Origin: an uncultured candidatus Brocadiaceae bacterium
Lineage (GTDB): Bacteria > Planctomycetota > UBA11346
Assembly (NCBI GenBank): GCA_964612995.1
Contig: CAZTGE010000002.1
Location: 337-64,336 of the forward strand
Direction: 5' to 3'
DNA: 64,000 bases
How positions within the stretch are numbered: position 1 is the first letter of the stretch; the number at the start of each line of letters is the position of its first letter. Shown here piece by piece: positions 1 to 8,498 of this stretch. Below the pieces are notes generated by a model. It searched no databases and was not told the origin of the DNA. It was given only the letters and a program-made list of their open reading frames with translations. Position numbers and translations under genes: made by a program.

Positions 1-498
1 GAGACCCCAGTTGTCGCGGAACTGCTTGACGGTGGCCGGGCGGGTGACCGGCGTGGAGTCGGTATGGCCTTCGACCACGATGATGGTGTCGGCGTATTCC
101 TCGCTGCGTAGCTTGGCTGCGATCTCGGCGATCGCGCTCTGGCCTTCGGCGGTGAGATCGGCCGAGCCGGTGGCGAACAGGAAATCGTCGCCGAGACGCA
201 GACCCTTGCCGCCGGGGATGATCTCGATGTCCGGTCCCCAGGTGTCTTCGGCCAGGGTCTTGCGGAGCTGCTGCTCCAGACCCTCCTTCTGTTCGCGCAA
301 CTTGACCAGCTCGTTGCGGGCCTCGTTGCGCTGGCGTTCCAGCTGGGCGGACTGTCGGTGGAGCTCAGCGAGCTCGCGGGTCAGGCGCTCGTTATCGGAC
401 TGGAGTTCGGCGACCGCGACATCGTCGCGCCGGGCGCAGCCGCCTGCGACCAACAGGCACAAGGCGGCGCCGATGTAGAGATGACGGTAGGAGATCAT
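1..498 (-). CDS. OmpA-family (peptidoglycan-associated) lipoprotein with signal peptide and lipobox (LVAGGC), a coiled-coil segment and a C-terminal OmpA-like domain (motif GHTDSTP). The 3' end lies beyond the window start.
   Basis: Manual translation of the minus strand from the ATG at about 498 gives MISYRHLYIGAALCLLVAGGCARRDD...EGHTDSTPVTRPATVKQFRDNWGL. A GGAG-like RBS lies upstream. The ORF is not in the track because it runs off the window edge. Confidence 0.55.
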   Translation of the reverse strand, partial: MISYRHLYIGAALCLLVAGGCARRDDVAVAELQSDNERLTRELAELHRQSAQLERQRNEARNELVKLREQKEGLEQQLRKTLAEDTWGPDIEIIPGGKGLRLGDDFLFATGSADLTAEGQSAIAEIAAKLRSEEYADTIIVVEGHTDSTPVTRPATVKQFRDNWGL

Positions 499-692
499 GA
501 TGGCTCCCGACGGGTAGCGAGGAAGGAAGGGGTTTCGTGGTACGTGAATTGGCGCCGGGGCGAGAATCCTTTCGGGAAAACCCGACGGCGGAAAAGCATC
601 GACCCGGCCACCTGAGTGACCGGGTCGATCGTAGGAGCGGCAAGGGGGAGCGCAAGCCTTTGGCACGTCTGCGCCTGCGTGATCCCTCGCCT

Positions 693-1922
693 CTACTTGT
701 GCGGGATGTCAACGTTCCAGTCGTCCAGGGCCTCTGTCTGCCCGGCACCTGTGTCGTCGACGCCCTGGAAGGTGCTGGTGGTCTTGCGTACCTGATAGGT
801 CCCGAGCGCACCGGTTTCAGGCTCCGTGACGGGCGCCGTGGGGCTCTGACCTTCGGGCAGGGCCTGGGCCTGCTCAGGAATGTACTGCCCTTCGTTCTCC
901 GGATCGGGCTGCTCCACGACCTTGTCGATGATCCAGCTCTCGAGTCGCATGTCCAGCGCCTCCTGCTTGTTGCCGTTGGCGGCTTGGAGGTACTGGCCGA
1001 GGAACTGCTTGTGACGCCAGAGATAGGGCTGGTTCGGGTCCTTCTCGCTGATGGGGATGTAGGTGGCGTCGGGGTCGTCCTGGTGGCGCGCCTCCCACTT
1101 GTCTCGATCCGGCTCGATGCTGAAGCCGGCGACGCCGGAGGCGAGGTCGGTGTACCAGTTGTCTTGGACACCGTGGTAGCGGTAGGTCACGGCGACGATG
1201 TCGCCTTCGCCGGTGCCGCGCAGGGTCACGTCGTCGACGGTGTACTTGACGATCTCGAGGTAGAAGTAGGGCGCGACGAAGAAGGCGAAGATAAGGATGT
1301 TGACCACCAGCAGCGAGGGCCAGATCCAGTGCGTCTTCGGCGCTTCGGTGCGTACGCGCTGGCTGCGCACGCTGCGGCGGACAGGGGCGCCAGCGCCGGC
1401 TTCCTCGTCTTCGTCGTATCCGTCTTCGTAGTCCACGGTCTGGAAGTCGGAGGTCGCGGTGGCGCTGCCGACCGCGGTTTGGTCGACGTCGGTGATCACC
1501 GCGGTGTTCTGGTCGGTGAAGCTGAGATTCTCGGTCCCGCCGGCATCCTCCTCGAAGGAGAGTTCCTCGGTGTTCCCATCGTCGAAGTTGACCACTTCGA
1601 GCTCGTCGCCGAAGGTGATCGGGTCGGCGCCCGCCTGCTGCGCGTTGCCCACGGCCGGCTGGACCATGGTCACCGCCTCGGAGTCGACCACTTCGCCGAG
1701 GTCGATCGACAGGTCCTCGCTGTCGCCCGAGAGCACGATGGTGCCGTCGTCGCTGTCGCTCGCCGCGCCGGTGGCCAGATTCGTCACGTCGTCACGGTTG
1801 AGCATCAGCTGACCGCCGACGCGCTGGGCACGGACTGTACCGTTGTTGACGTAGTTGCTGAGCGTTGCGTCGTCGCAGCCGAGCAGGCCCTTGGCTTCCT
1901 CGGCGTCGATCATATCGGCCAT
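693..1922 (-). CDS. Membrane protein with an N-terminal excisionase/MerR-like HTH domain, a long acidic low-complexity region, one TM helix and a C-terminal periplasmic domain.
   Basis: ORF 693..2015 trimmed to the ATG at M32 (MADMIDAEEAKGLLGCDDATLSNYVNNGTVRAQRVGG), which is preceded by GGAGAG. A D/E/T-rich tract and the TM helix WIWPSLLVVNILIFAFFVAPYFYL are present. Confidence 0.5.
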   Translation of the reverse strand: MADMIDAEEAKGLLGCDDATLSNYVNNGTVRAQRVGGQLMLNRDDVTNLATGAASDSDDGTIVLSGDSEDLSIDLGEVVDSEAVTMVQPAVGNAQQAGADPITFGDELEVVNFDDGNTEELSFEEDAGGTENLSFTDQNTAVITDVDQTAVGSATATSDFQTVDYEDGYDEDEEAGAGAPVRRSVRSQRVRTEAPKTHWIWPSLLVVNILIFAFFVAPYFYLEIVKYTVDDVTLRGTGEGDIVAVTYRYHGVQDNWYTDLASGVAGFSIEPDRDKWEARHQDDPDATYIPISEKDPNQPYLWRHKQFLGQYLQAANGNKQEALDMRLESWIIDKVVEQPDPENEGQYIPEQAQALPEGQSPTAPVTEPETGALGTYQVRKTTSTFQGVDDTGAGQTEALDDWNVDIPHK

Positions 1923-2215
1923 GACTCTCTCCGGGTGGACCGTAACCGCAGTCCAGGGGTTGGCTTGATGGTGCCAGGTGACCGGCCAGCGTAGGATCGC
2001 GGTCACAACCGGCAATCGGGGAGGACGGGCCCCGCACGCCCTGGCTCATACAGCCGCCCGGACCGATCACCAGCTCATAGCGCGGGCGCCGCCCGCACCC
2101 CAAGGAGCATTGTAGCGGTCGGCGCCCGCGCGGCTTTTTGTTCGCGGGGGCTCGCTCTGCGCTGCGCGCAGTCGCCCCGCTATGCCCCCACGCTGGTGTG
2201 GCGGTGGCCCCAGGG

Positions 2216-2360
2216 CCGCTCAAAGCTCGCAAATGAGGGCCATGCCTCGCCTCCGCCTGCGTCGCTATGACCCAAGCACCAAAGAGCCGGGCGGTTGGAC
2301 GCAGGCGATGCCAGGCATGCCGACCTGGCGATCGGCGCTCCCGGGGCGAGCTTTGAGCGG
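2216..2360 (+). repeat. Copy A of a conserved intergenic element about 115 nt long (candidate structured RNA). It lies in the 5' leader of the cold-shock gene and is enclosed by a perfect 15-bp long-range stem.
   Basis: The sequence agctcgcaaatgagggcc.tgcctcgcctcc..ctgcgtc.ctatg.ccca.gcaccaaagag.gcggggcggttggacgcagg is about 90% identical to 20876..20992. An inner 10-bp stem pairs cgcctgcgtc with gacgcaggcg. An outer stem pairs ccgctcaaagctcgc with gcgagctttgagcgg. Confidence 0.5.
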
Positions 2361-2475
2361 CCCTCGCGACGGTGTTGCACGCGAGGGGGGTGTCGGTAAC
2401 CTCCCGTGTCAGGGCTCCGCGGTATGGGAATCCGCGGGCCAAGATAGTTCACTTGAGATCCGAAAGGTGATAGCG

Positions 2476-2985
2476 GTGCCTACTGGTGTTGTCGCTCGTT
2501 TCGATTGTCGTCGCGGCTATGGATTCGTCGTGCCTGACGATGGCGGTGAAGATGTCTTCGTCCATCAGAACAATATCGTGATGGACGGGTTCCGATACCT
2601 CAAGACCGGCGAACATGTCAGCTACGAGCTCGAGGTCGGCGAGAAGGGCATGAAGGCGGTGCAGGTCAATCTGCTCGACGAACGCTCGGAGGAGGATCGC
2701 CCCTTCCCCGCCCGTGAGGGCGAGCGGCGTCGCGGGCGCGACGATGAGCGCGGCGGCTACGGTCGTCGCGAGCGGCGGCCCTCCCAGCGGCGTTCTGCCG
2801 ATTCGTCTTGGGGCGAGCGCGAGGCGCAGCAGCTCGAGCGTCTGCGACGCAAGCAGGAACGCCTGCTCAGCCTGCTGGTCGAGAAGGGCGTGCTCCAGCC
2901 CGGCGAAATCGACGGCCACGACGATGGCCTGACCGACGAGCTCGAGGACATGTCCGCCTCGGCCGCCGGTTACGATTACGACTGA
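2476..2985 (+). CDS. Cold-shock domain protein with an unusually long Arg/Gly/Glu-rich C-terminal extension (about 170 aa in total).
   Basis: The ORF 2182..2985 frame contains the CSD motif TGVVARFDCRRGYGFVVPDDGGEDVFVHQNNI. The start is placed at the GTG encoding VPTGVV, with AAAGG about 8 nt upstream. A GTG at 2467 is an alternative start. Confidence 0.7.
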   Translation: MPTGVVARFDCRRGYGFVVPDDGGEDVFVHQNNIVMDGFRYLKTGEHVSYELEVGEKGMKAVQVNLLDERSEEDRPFPAREGERRRGRDDERGGYGRRERRPSQRRSADSSWGEREAQQLERLRRKQERLLSLLVEKGVLQPGEIDGHDDGLTDELEDMSASAAGYDYD

Positions 2986-3204
2986 TCCTCGAGCCGGGCC
3001 CCACCAACGGCCGGCAGAGGTCTCTGCGACGCAGCGCATCTGCTGCGTCGCCGTACCCATGAGCCAGTGCTGTCGTGCGTGCGGGCAGGCCGCGGTGCAT
3101 CTGCCCGTCTGGCGCATCGAATGCCTCCGGGATCCTCCCTCGGACACGGCAGTGGTGGCGTTGACACTTCCTCCGCAGCCACACCGCGGCCGCGCTGTGC
3201 ATTA

Positions 3205-3260
3205 TTCCATTGCTCGGGAAAAGAGTGCATAATCATGCACTCTTTTCCCGAGCAATGGAA
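3205..3260. repeat. Perfect 26-bp inverted repeat with a 4-nt loop. It is AT-richer than the surrounding sequence.
   Basis: The arm ttccattgctcgggaaaagagtgcat, loop aatc and arm atgcactcttttcccgagcaatggaa were read directly from the sequence. It sits in the 500-bp csp-to-SNF2 intergenic region. Confidence 0.7.
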
Positions 3261-3488
3261 TCGGGGGCGTAGCGGGGGCGGCCCTGCGCAGCAGAGAGAA
3301 GAGCCCCCGCGAACAAAGAGTGGCGCAGGCTGCGATCGCTATGATGAGCCCTTGGGCTGCGGGCGGCGCCTGCGCTATGTGGCCGGGTGCATGGTGCTCC
3401 GCCCGCAATGCGCAGAAGCGGTCCAAGCTTCTGCCCCGCCGACGATTAGACCCGATACAACCCTGGACAGGATTCGCGGGGGCGGTTC

Positions 3489-6209
3489 ATGCCGGCTTGC
3501 GGTGGGGCGAAGGATGATATACTCAACCGACTGATGTCTCCTGGCAGCTCCACCGACCGCAAGAAGACCACCGGCACCGTGGCCCGCCGCACTGCGAGCC
3601 ACCGGGCGCACGAGGTAAGTCTGTCGTTGGGTCGCCCGGTGCCCAACTGCAAGCGCGTGCGCACGCTGGTGCTGCATGGGGCAACCGGGATCAAGCCGGA
3701 CCCCATGCGCGAGGTCGAGAGCATCAACCGCGCGCTCAATCAGGTGCGCGGGCTCCACCCACCGCCCGTATTCGATATCGACGGCCAGCAGTATCCGCTC
3801 GTCCTCGAAGGCAGTCCGCGTTCGCCGCGGCTGATGATGGAGGACAAGGGCGAGAACATGCGCCTCTATTTCGAGGTCGGCGGGGCGGCGATCGGCAAGG
3901 TCTGGGCCATTCCGGGACCGCACATCGTGTTCCGCGGCCGGATCATCCCGCTGGAATGGACCGGCCCGGCAGAGGATCTCGACCTGCTGTTCCTCGGCCC
4001 GGTGTTGATCAAGAAGTCGCTGCTGGCACGTCAGCCCTGGCGCAGTGTGCTGGCCCACGCCGGGCACGTGCCGCCGCAGACGGAGAAGGCGATCCCGGTG
4101 CGCGGCCGGCCCCAGCCGATCCTCGATATGTGGGAGGTCGACAGCCGGCTCTGCGGCCGGGTGACCTTCCGCTATCACGAGGATCTGCCCGAGATCGACC
4201 CGCTCGAGCGCATCGGCCTGATCGTGGCCGAGAGCCGCAAGGGCGAGGTGCTCAAGTGCGAGCGTGATCGCGATCAGGAATTCCAGCGCTGCAACGAGTT
4301 CATCAAGCGCGGCGCCCTGGTCCAGCGGCGCGGGGCGTTCGGCTTTGTCGCCGATGGGGATGCCGCCGATCGCTTTCTGGCCCAGGTGATCCCCAACCTC
4401 CAGGGCTGGGACGTCCGTGGCAAGGACGCCTTGCACCGCGGCCGGCCGCCGAAGGAGATCGAGATCCACACCCGGCTGGGGGCGACCAAGGACAATCTCG
4501 AGCTGTCGATCCTGGCCGAGGTCGAAGGGCGCCGGGTCCCCGTGAAGGACCTGCTGCGCAACGCCGCCCGCGGACAGAACGTGATGGTGTTCAAGGACGG
4601 CCTGCGCGCACAGATCAACGACGAGTGGCTCAGCCGTTACCGCACCCTGGTCGAGTTCGGCGGGATCGAGAAGAGCGGTACCCGGGTCAAGGTCCGCCGT
4701 CACGCCGCCGCGCTGGCTGTGGGCCTGGCCGAATCCGGCGGAACCATGGAGATGGACGAGGCCACCCGCGACCTCGCCTCGCTGGCCAAGGGCAGCGCCG
4801 AGATTCCGGAGACCCCGTTGCCCGACGGCCTGCAAGCGACCCTGCGCGAGTATCAGCAGGGCGGCTACAACTGGATGGTCTTCCTCTCCGAGCGGGGGCT
4901 GGGCGGCGTGCTTGCAGACGACATGGGCTTGGGCAAGACCGTGCAGTCGCTCGCCTACGTGCTCTATCGGCTCGAACAGAACCCGGGCGTCTGTCTGGTG
5001 GTCGCGCCGCGCTCGGTGGTCGACAACTGGGAAGAGGAGTGCCGGAAGTTCGCCCCGCAGCTCGACGTCTACATCCACCTCGGGCTCGACCGGACCAAGT
5101 CGCTCGATGACCTGCCGGCCACTGGCGTCTTGCTGACCAGCTACAACATCCTCCAGCGCGACATCAAGCTGCTGCAGCAGATCGAATACAGCAGCGTGAT
5201 CCTCGATGAGGCCCACATCATCCGCAACCCGGAGGCCAAGACCACGCGCGCGGCGCTCAAGCTCAACGCCCATCGGCGTATCTGCCTCTCCGGCACTCCG
5301 GTGCAGAACTGCGCCGAGGACCTGTGGCCGATATTCCATTTCCTGATGCCCGGGTTCCTCGGACGGCGCAAGACGCTCAAGGAGACCCTGCAGGAGGACA
5401 GCGCGGCGATCAAACGCCTCCGCGAACGCGTGGCCCCCTTCGTGCTGCGCCGACTCAAGGAAGAGGTGGCCAAGGAACTGCCGCAGAAGACCGAGATCCG
5501 CCTCCACGCGCAGATGAACGACGACCAGGAGCGTTTCTACCGCGAGCTCGAGGAGAAGGAGCGCGTCGGGGTCATGGACCTGCTTGGGGCCAAGGGCCTG
5601 GAGCGTTCGCGGGTGTCGATCCTCGCCGCGATCACCCGGCTGCGGCAGGCGGCCTGTCATCCGGCGCTGGTCGGCGGCGACAAGGTCTCCTCGGCCAAGA
5701 TGGAGACCTTCCTCGATCTGGTCGACGAACTGGTCAGCGAGGGTCACCGTGCGTTGGTCTTCTCGAGTTTCACCAAGTTCCTCGGTCTGGTGCGCGAATC
5801 GCTCGACGAACGCGGCTATACCTACCAGTACCTCGACGGGCGTACGCGCGACCGCGGTGGGCGGATCAAGGCCTTCCAGAACGGCGACGACCCGCTGTTC
5901 CTGATCTCGCTCAAGGCCGGCGGCGTCGGGCTCAACCTGACCGCGGCGGACTACGTGATCATCCTCGATCCCTGGTGGAACCCGGCGGCCGAACAGCAGG
6001 CTGCGGACCGCGCCTACCGTATCGGCCAGGACAAGCCGGTGATGGTCTACCGCATCGTCTCCGACAACTCGATCGAGGAGCGGGTGCTCAAGCTCCAGGA
6101 CGAGAAGACCCGTCTGATCGGGGACCTCGCCCTCGAGGGCCTGGCTCGGGCTCTGGACGCCGGCGACGTCGAGACCCTGTTCCGGGCCTCGATCCACGCC
6201 GGTTCCTGA
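3489..6209 (+). CDS. Swi2/Snf2-family helicase (RapA/HepA-like) with an N-terminal non-helicase domain of about 440 aa.
   Basis: SNF2_N motifs are present: GGVLADDMGLGKTVQSLA, the DEAH box VILDEAHIIRNPEAKT and SGTPVQN. Helicase_C motifs are FLISLKAGGVGLNLTAAD and QQAADRAYRIGQDKPV. The start is an ATG at 3489. Confidence 0.8.
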   Translation: MPACGGAKDDILNRLMSPGSSTDRKKTTGTVARRTASHRAHEVSLSLGRPVPNCKRVRTLVLHGATGIKPDPMREVESINRALNQVRGLHPPPVFDIDGQQYPLVLEGSPRSPRLMMEDKGENMRLYFEVGGAAIGKVWAIPGPHIVFRGRIIPLEWTGPAEDLDLLFLGPVLIKKSLLARQPWRSVLAHAGHVPPQTEKAIPVRGRPQPILDMWEVDSRLCGRVTFRYHEDLPEIDPLERIGLIVAESRKGEVLKCERDRDQEFQRCNEFIKRGALVQRRGAFGFVADGDAADRFLAQVIPNLQGWDVRGKDALHRGRPPKEIEIHTRLGATKDNLELSILAEVEGRRVPVKDLLRNAARGQNVMVFKDGLRAQINDEWLSRYRTLVEFGGIEKSGTRVKVRRHAAALAVGLAESGGTMEMDEATRDLASLAKGSAEIPETPLPDGLQATLREYQQGGYNWMVFLSERGLGGVLADDMGLGKTVQSLAYVLYRLEQNPGVCLVVAPRSVVDNWEEECRKFAPQLDVYIHLGLDRTKSLDDLPATGVLLTSYNILQRDIKLLQQIEYSSVILDEAHIIRNPEAKTTRAALKLNAHRRICLSGTPVQNCAEDLWPIFHFLMPGFLGRRKTLKETLQEDSAAIKRLRERVAPFVLRRLKEEVAKELPQKTEIRLHAQMNDDQERFYRELEEKERVGVMDLLGAKGLERSRVSILAAITRLRQAACHPALVGGDKVSSAKMETFLDLVDELVSEGHRALVFSSFTKFLGLVRESLDERGYTYQYLDGRTRDRGGRIKAFQNGDDPLFLISLKAGGVGLNLTAADYVIILDPWWNPAAEQQAADRAYRIGQDKPVMVYRIVSDNSIEERVLKLQDEKTRLIGDLALEGLARALDAGDVETLFRASIHAGS

Positions 6210-6230
6210 GTTCCTTCCGGTCCTCGGGAA

Positions 6231-7610
6231 TCAGGCCTCGTAGATGTCGCGCGCCTCGGCCAGGCGCCGGGGCGTACCGCCCCGGGCCTCGGCCTCGAGC
6301 CAGCCGTCTTCGAGCCGGGCCCGGATACGGGTGCCCGGAGGCGCCTGATCCAGGCGCCTGACGACCTCGCCCTCCTCGGTCCGGACCACGCTGTAACCCC
6401 GGGCGATGACCCCCAGCGGCGAGAGCGCATCGAGCCGCCCGACCAGGGCGCCGAGACGGTCCTCCGCACGGCGGGCGCGGTCCGCCATCGCGCGGACCAG
6501 GCGCCGCTGCAGCGCCCCGACCTGCTGATGCAGCCCGCTGCAGCGCAGGCCGGGGTGGAGATGGTTCAGCGTGCGGACGAGGTGGCCGAGCCGCAGCACG
6601 CGCTGGTGCAGCAGATCGTCGAGGGCTTCGTCGAGGCGTTGACCGAGTTCGTCGAGCCGCTGGCGTCGCATCGCGAGTTGGTGACCGGGGCCGGCCAGTG
6701 CGCGGTGTTGGGCGAGGTGCAGCAGTCGCGCCCGCCAGGCTGTGTACAGCGACCGCACGGCCTGATCGAGACGGTAGCGTCCGCGGGCCAGGCGTTCGAT
6801 GAGCTCGCTGAGCAGAGGCACGGCCAGTTCGCCCGCGGCGGTGGGCGTCTTGGCCCGGAGGTCGGCGACGTGGTCGCTGAGGGTGGTGTCGGTCTCGTGG
6901 CCGACGGCGCTGATCACCGGGATGGCGCAGGCGGCGATGGCGCGGACCACCGTTTCCTCGTTGAAGGCCCACAGGTCTTCGAGGCTGCCGCCGCCGCGAC
7001 CACAGATGATGACCTCGACTGCAGGATGACGGTCGAGCCGCGCGAGTGCGCTGGCGATGCTTCCCGCCGCCTCTGTGCCCTGGACCTGGCATGGTGCATG
7101 GACGATGCCGATCGCGGGGAAGCGGGTGCGCAGCGAGTCGACCATGTCGGCCAGGGCAGCGCTGCCGGGGGCGGTGGCCAGACCGACCACCCGTGGGCAG
7201 AACGGCAGCGGGCGCTTGCGGTCGGCGGCGAACAGCCCCTCGGCTTCGAGCCGGCGTTTGAGCGCCTCGAAGCGCGCGGCGAGGTCGCCAGCGCCCGCGG
7301 GGCTGATCCGGTTGGCCACCAGCTGGTATTGGCCGCGTGGGGCGTAGACCGCCAGGCGACCACGGACCAGCACCCGGTCGCCCTCGCGCGGCAGGCGCCC
7401 CTGGCGCGCGATCGTGGTGCGCCACATGACCACGCTGAGCACCGCGTCGGCATCCTTGAGCGTGGCGTAGAGGTGGCCCGACCGGTAGACCTCGGCGCGG
7501 GAGAGTTCGCCGCAGACGGTCACCGGACCGATGTCGGTGACCCGATCGTTGATCAGCGCGGTGAGCGCGCCGACGGAGAGCGGAACAGCGGCATCAGGCA
7601 TCCGGTCCAT
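6231..7610 (-). CDS. xseA: Exodeoxyribonuclease VII large subunit.
   Basis: The sequence shows XseA architecture: an OB fold, a catalytic region (GRGGGSLEDLWAFNEE, SAVGHETDTTLSD) and a C-terminal coiled coil. The start is an ATG at 7610. Confidence 0.85.
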   Translation of the reverse strand: MDRMPDAAVPLSVGALTALINDRVTDIGPVTVCGELSRAEVYRSGHLYATLKDADAVLSVVMWRTTIARQGRLPREGDRVLVRGRLAVYAPRGQYQLVANRISPAGAGDLAARFEALKRRLEAEGLFAADRKRPLPFCPRVVGLATAPGSAALADMVDSLRTRFPAIGIVHAPCQVQGTEAAGSIASALARLDRHPAVEVIICGRGGGSLEDLWAFNEETVVRAIAACAIPVISAVGHETDTTLSDHVADLRAKTPTAAGELAVPLLSELIERLARGRYRLDQAVRSLYTAWRARLLHLAQHRALAGPGHQLAMRRQRLDELGQRLDEALDDLLHQRVLRLGHLVRTLNHLHPGLRCSGLHQQVGALQRRLVRAMADRARRAEDRLGALVGRLDALSPLGVIARGYSVVRTEEGEVVRRLDQAPPGTRIRARLEDGWLEAEARGGTPRRLAEARDIYEA

Positions 7611-7621
7611 CCGCGACGACG

Positions 7622-8323
7622 CTACTCGTCGACGTAGAGGATGGCGTTGTTGGTGGCTTCCTTGACCAGGTTGCCGAGGCGGACCTGTTCGAGGTGGTTG
7701 TGGCTGATCACGTTGCCCAGCGGGGTCGCGCGCCGGGTCGGATCCACCCGCATCAGGGGCATCGGGTGGTTGGCCGCGATCAATCGCTCGTAGTGCTCGA
7801 GGAAGGCCGGATCGACCGCCTGCTTCTTCTCGTCGTAGATCCGCTGCAGCTCGACTTCGCTGTCGGCCTGTTCGTCGGCCCCGGCGAGCTCGGCGCTGGT
7901 CTCGGCGACCTTGGCCTTGAGTTCCTCGGCGTGGGTCTGCAGCCGCTCGGCTTCGGCCTGTAGTGCGCCGACCTGTTCGGTGAGCCCCGTCAGGCTCTGC
8001 TGGCGCAGTCTCATCTCGGCTTTCGATTCCTCGATGCCATTGATGATCGTCAGGTATTCCTTGTTGGTCTTGGCCGTCATCTGCTGTGCGCGCAGTTCGC
8101 CGATCCGGCTTTCGCAGCGTTCCACATCGGCAGTATACTGGCGGATCAGCGCGTCCATGTTCCCGGCCTTGGTCGCGGCTTCGTCGGCGAGCTGTTGGGC
8201 GGCCTCGTAGGCACGCTGGGCTTCGGCGATGGTGCTTTCGCGGCTTACGCGGTCCTTGATCAGGCGCTGCCGTTGGAGATTGACCTCATGGAGATCGAGT
8301 AGCGACTTCAGGTGGGGGTGCAT
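7622..8323 (-). CDS. COG1579-like coiled-coil protein without the Cys zinc ribbon.
   Basis: ORF 7622..8347 begins MHPHLKSLLDLHEVNLQRQRL (M9 preferred because GGAG lies 8 nt upstream). A heptad-rich coiled coil follows. The gene is immediately upstream of xseA on the same strand. Confidence 0.45.
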   Translation of the reverse strand: MHPHLKSLLDLHEVNLQRQRLIKDRVSRESTIAEAQRAYEAAQQLADEAATKAGNMDALIRQYTADVERCESRIGELRAQQMTAKTNKEYLTIINGIEESKAEMRLRQQSLTGLTEQVGALQAEAERLQTHAEELKAKVAETSAELAGADEQADSEVELQRIYDEKKQAVDPAFLEHYERLIAANHPMPLMRVDPTRRATPLGNVISHNHLEQVRLGNLVKEATNNAILYVDE

Positions 8324-8498
8324 ACGCTTGCTCCAGGGGGGTTTCATGCTGGCGCGGATCGTCGCCCTGCAAACCTATTTCGCCGCAGGAGGTGTGCTGT
8401 CGATGGCCAGATGGCCGGGAACCGCGACAGCCGCGCTTGCGACGCGCCGCGGGGGCCCATGATCACATGCTGTGGCGGTCAGGCTGACGGGTGGAGCG

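Noticed and set aside
537-1994. A 485-aa plus-strand ORF.
   Set aside because: It is antisense to the HTH-membrane protein gene 693..1922 and has repetitive Gly/Val/Asp composition that mirrors the acidic tract on the other strand.
1923-2215. A possible tRNA or small RNA in the intergenic region, with a 10-bp stem (gcgggcgccg with cggcgcccgc) followed by TTTTTGTT.
   Set aside because: There is no cloverleaf or anticodon structure. It may be a terminator-like hairpin or part of a promoter region, and the evidence is too weak for a feature call.
3375-6197. A 940-aa minus-strand ORF.
   Set aside because: It is antisense to the well-supported SNF2 helicase and has low-complexity Arg/Ala/Gly composition. 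This is a typical high-GC shadow ORF.
1-6209. A Zorya-like defence module (MotA/OmpA-like protein plus an SNF2-like helicase).
   Set aside because: The OmpA-domain gene encodes a lipoprotein rather than a MotB-like TM protein. No large MotA (ZorA) is adjacent. The SNF2 gene is separated by a csp gene and transcribed independently.
6088-7637. ORFs 6088..7425 (minus), 6528..7637 (plus) and 6914..7453.
   Set aside because: They overlap xseA in other frames and have Arg/Pro/Gly-rich artefact composition.
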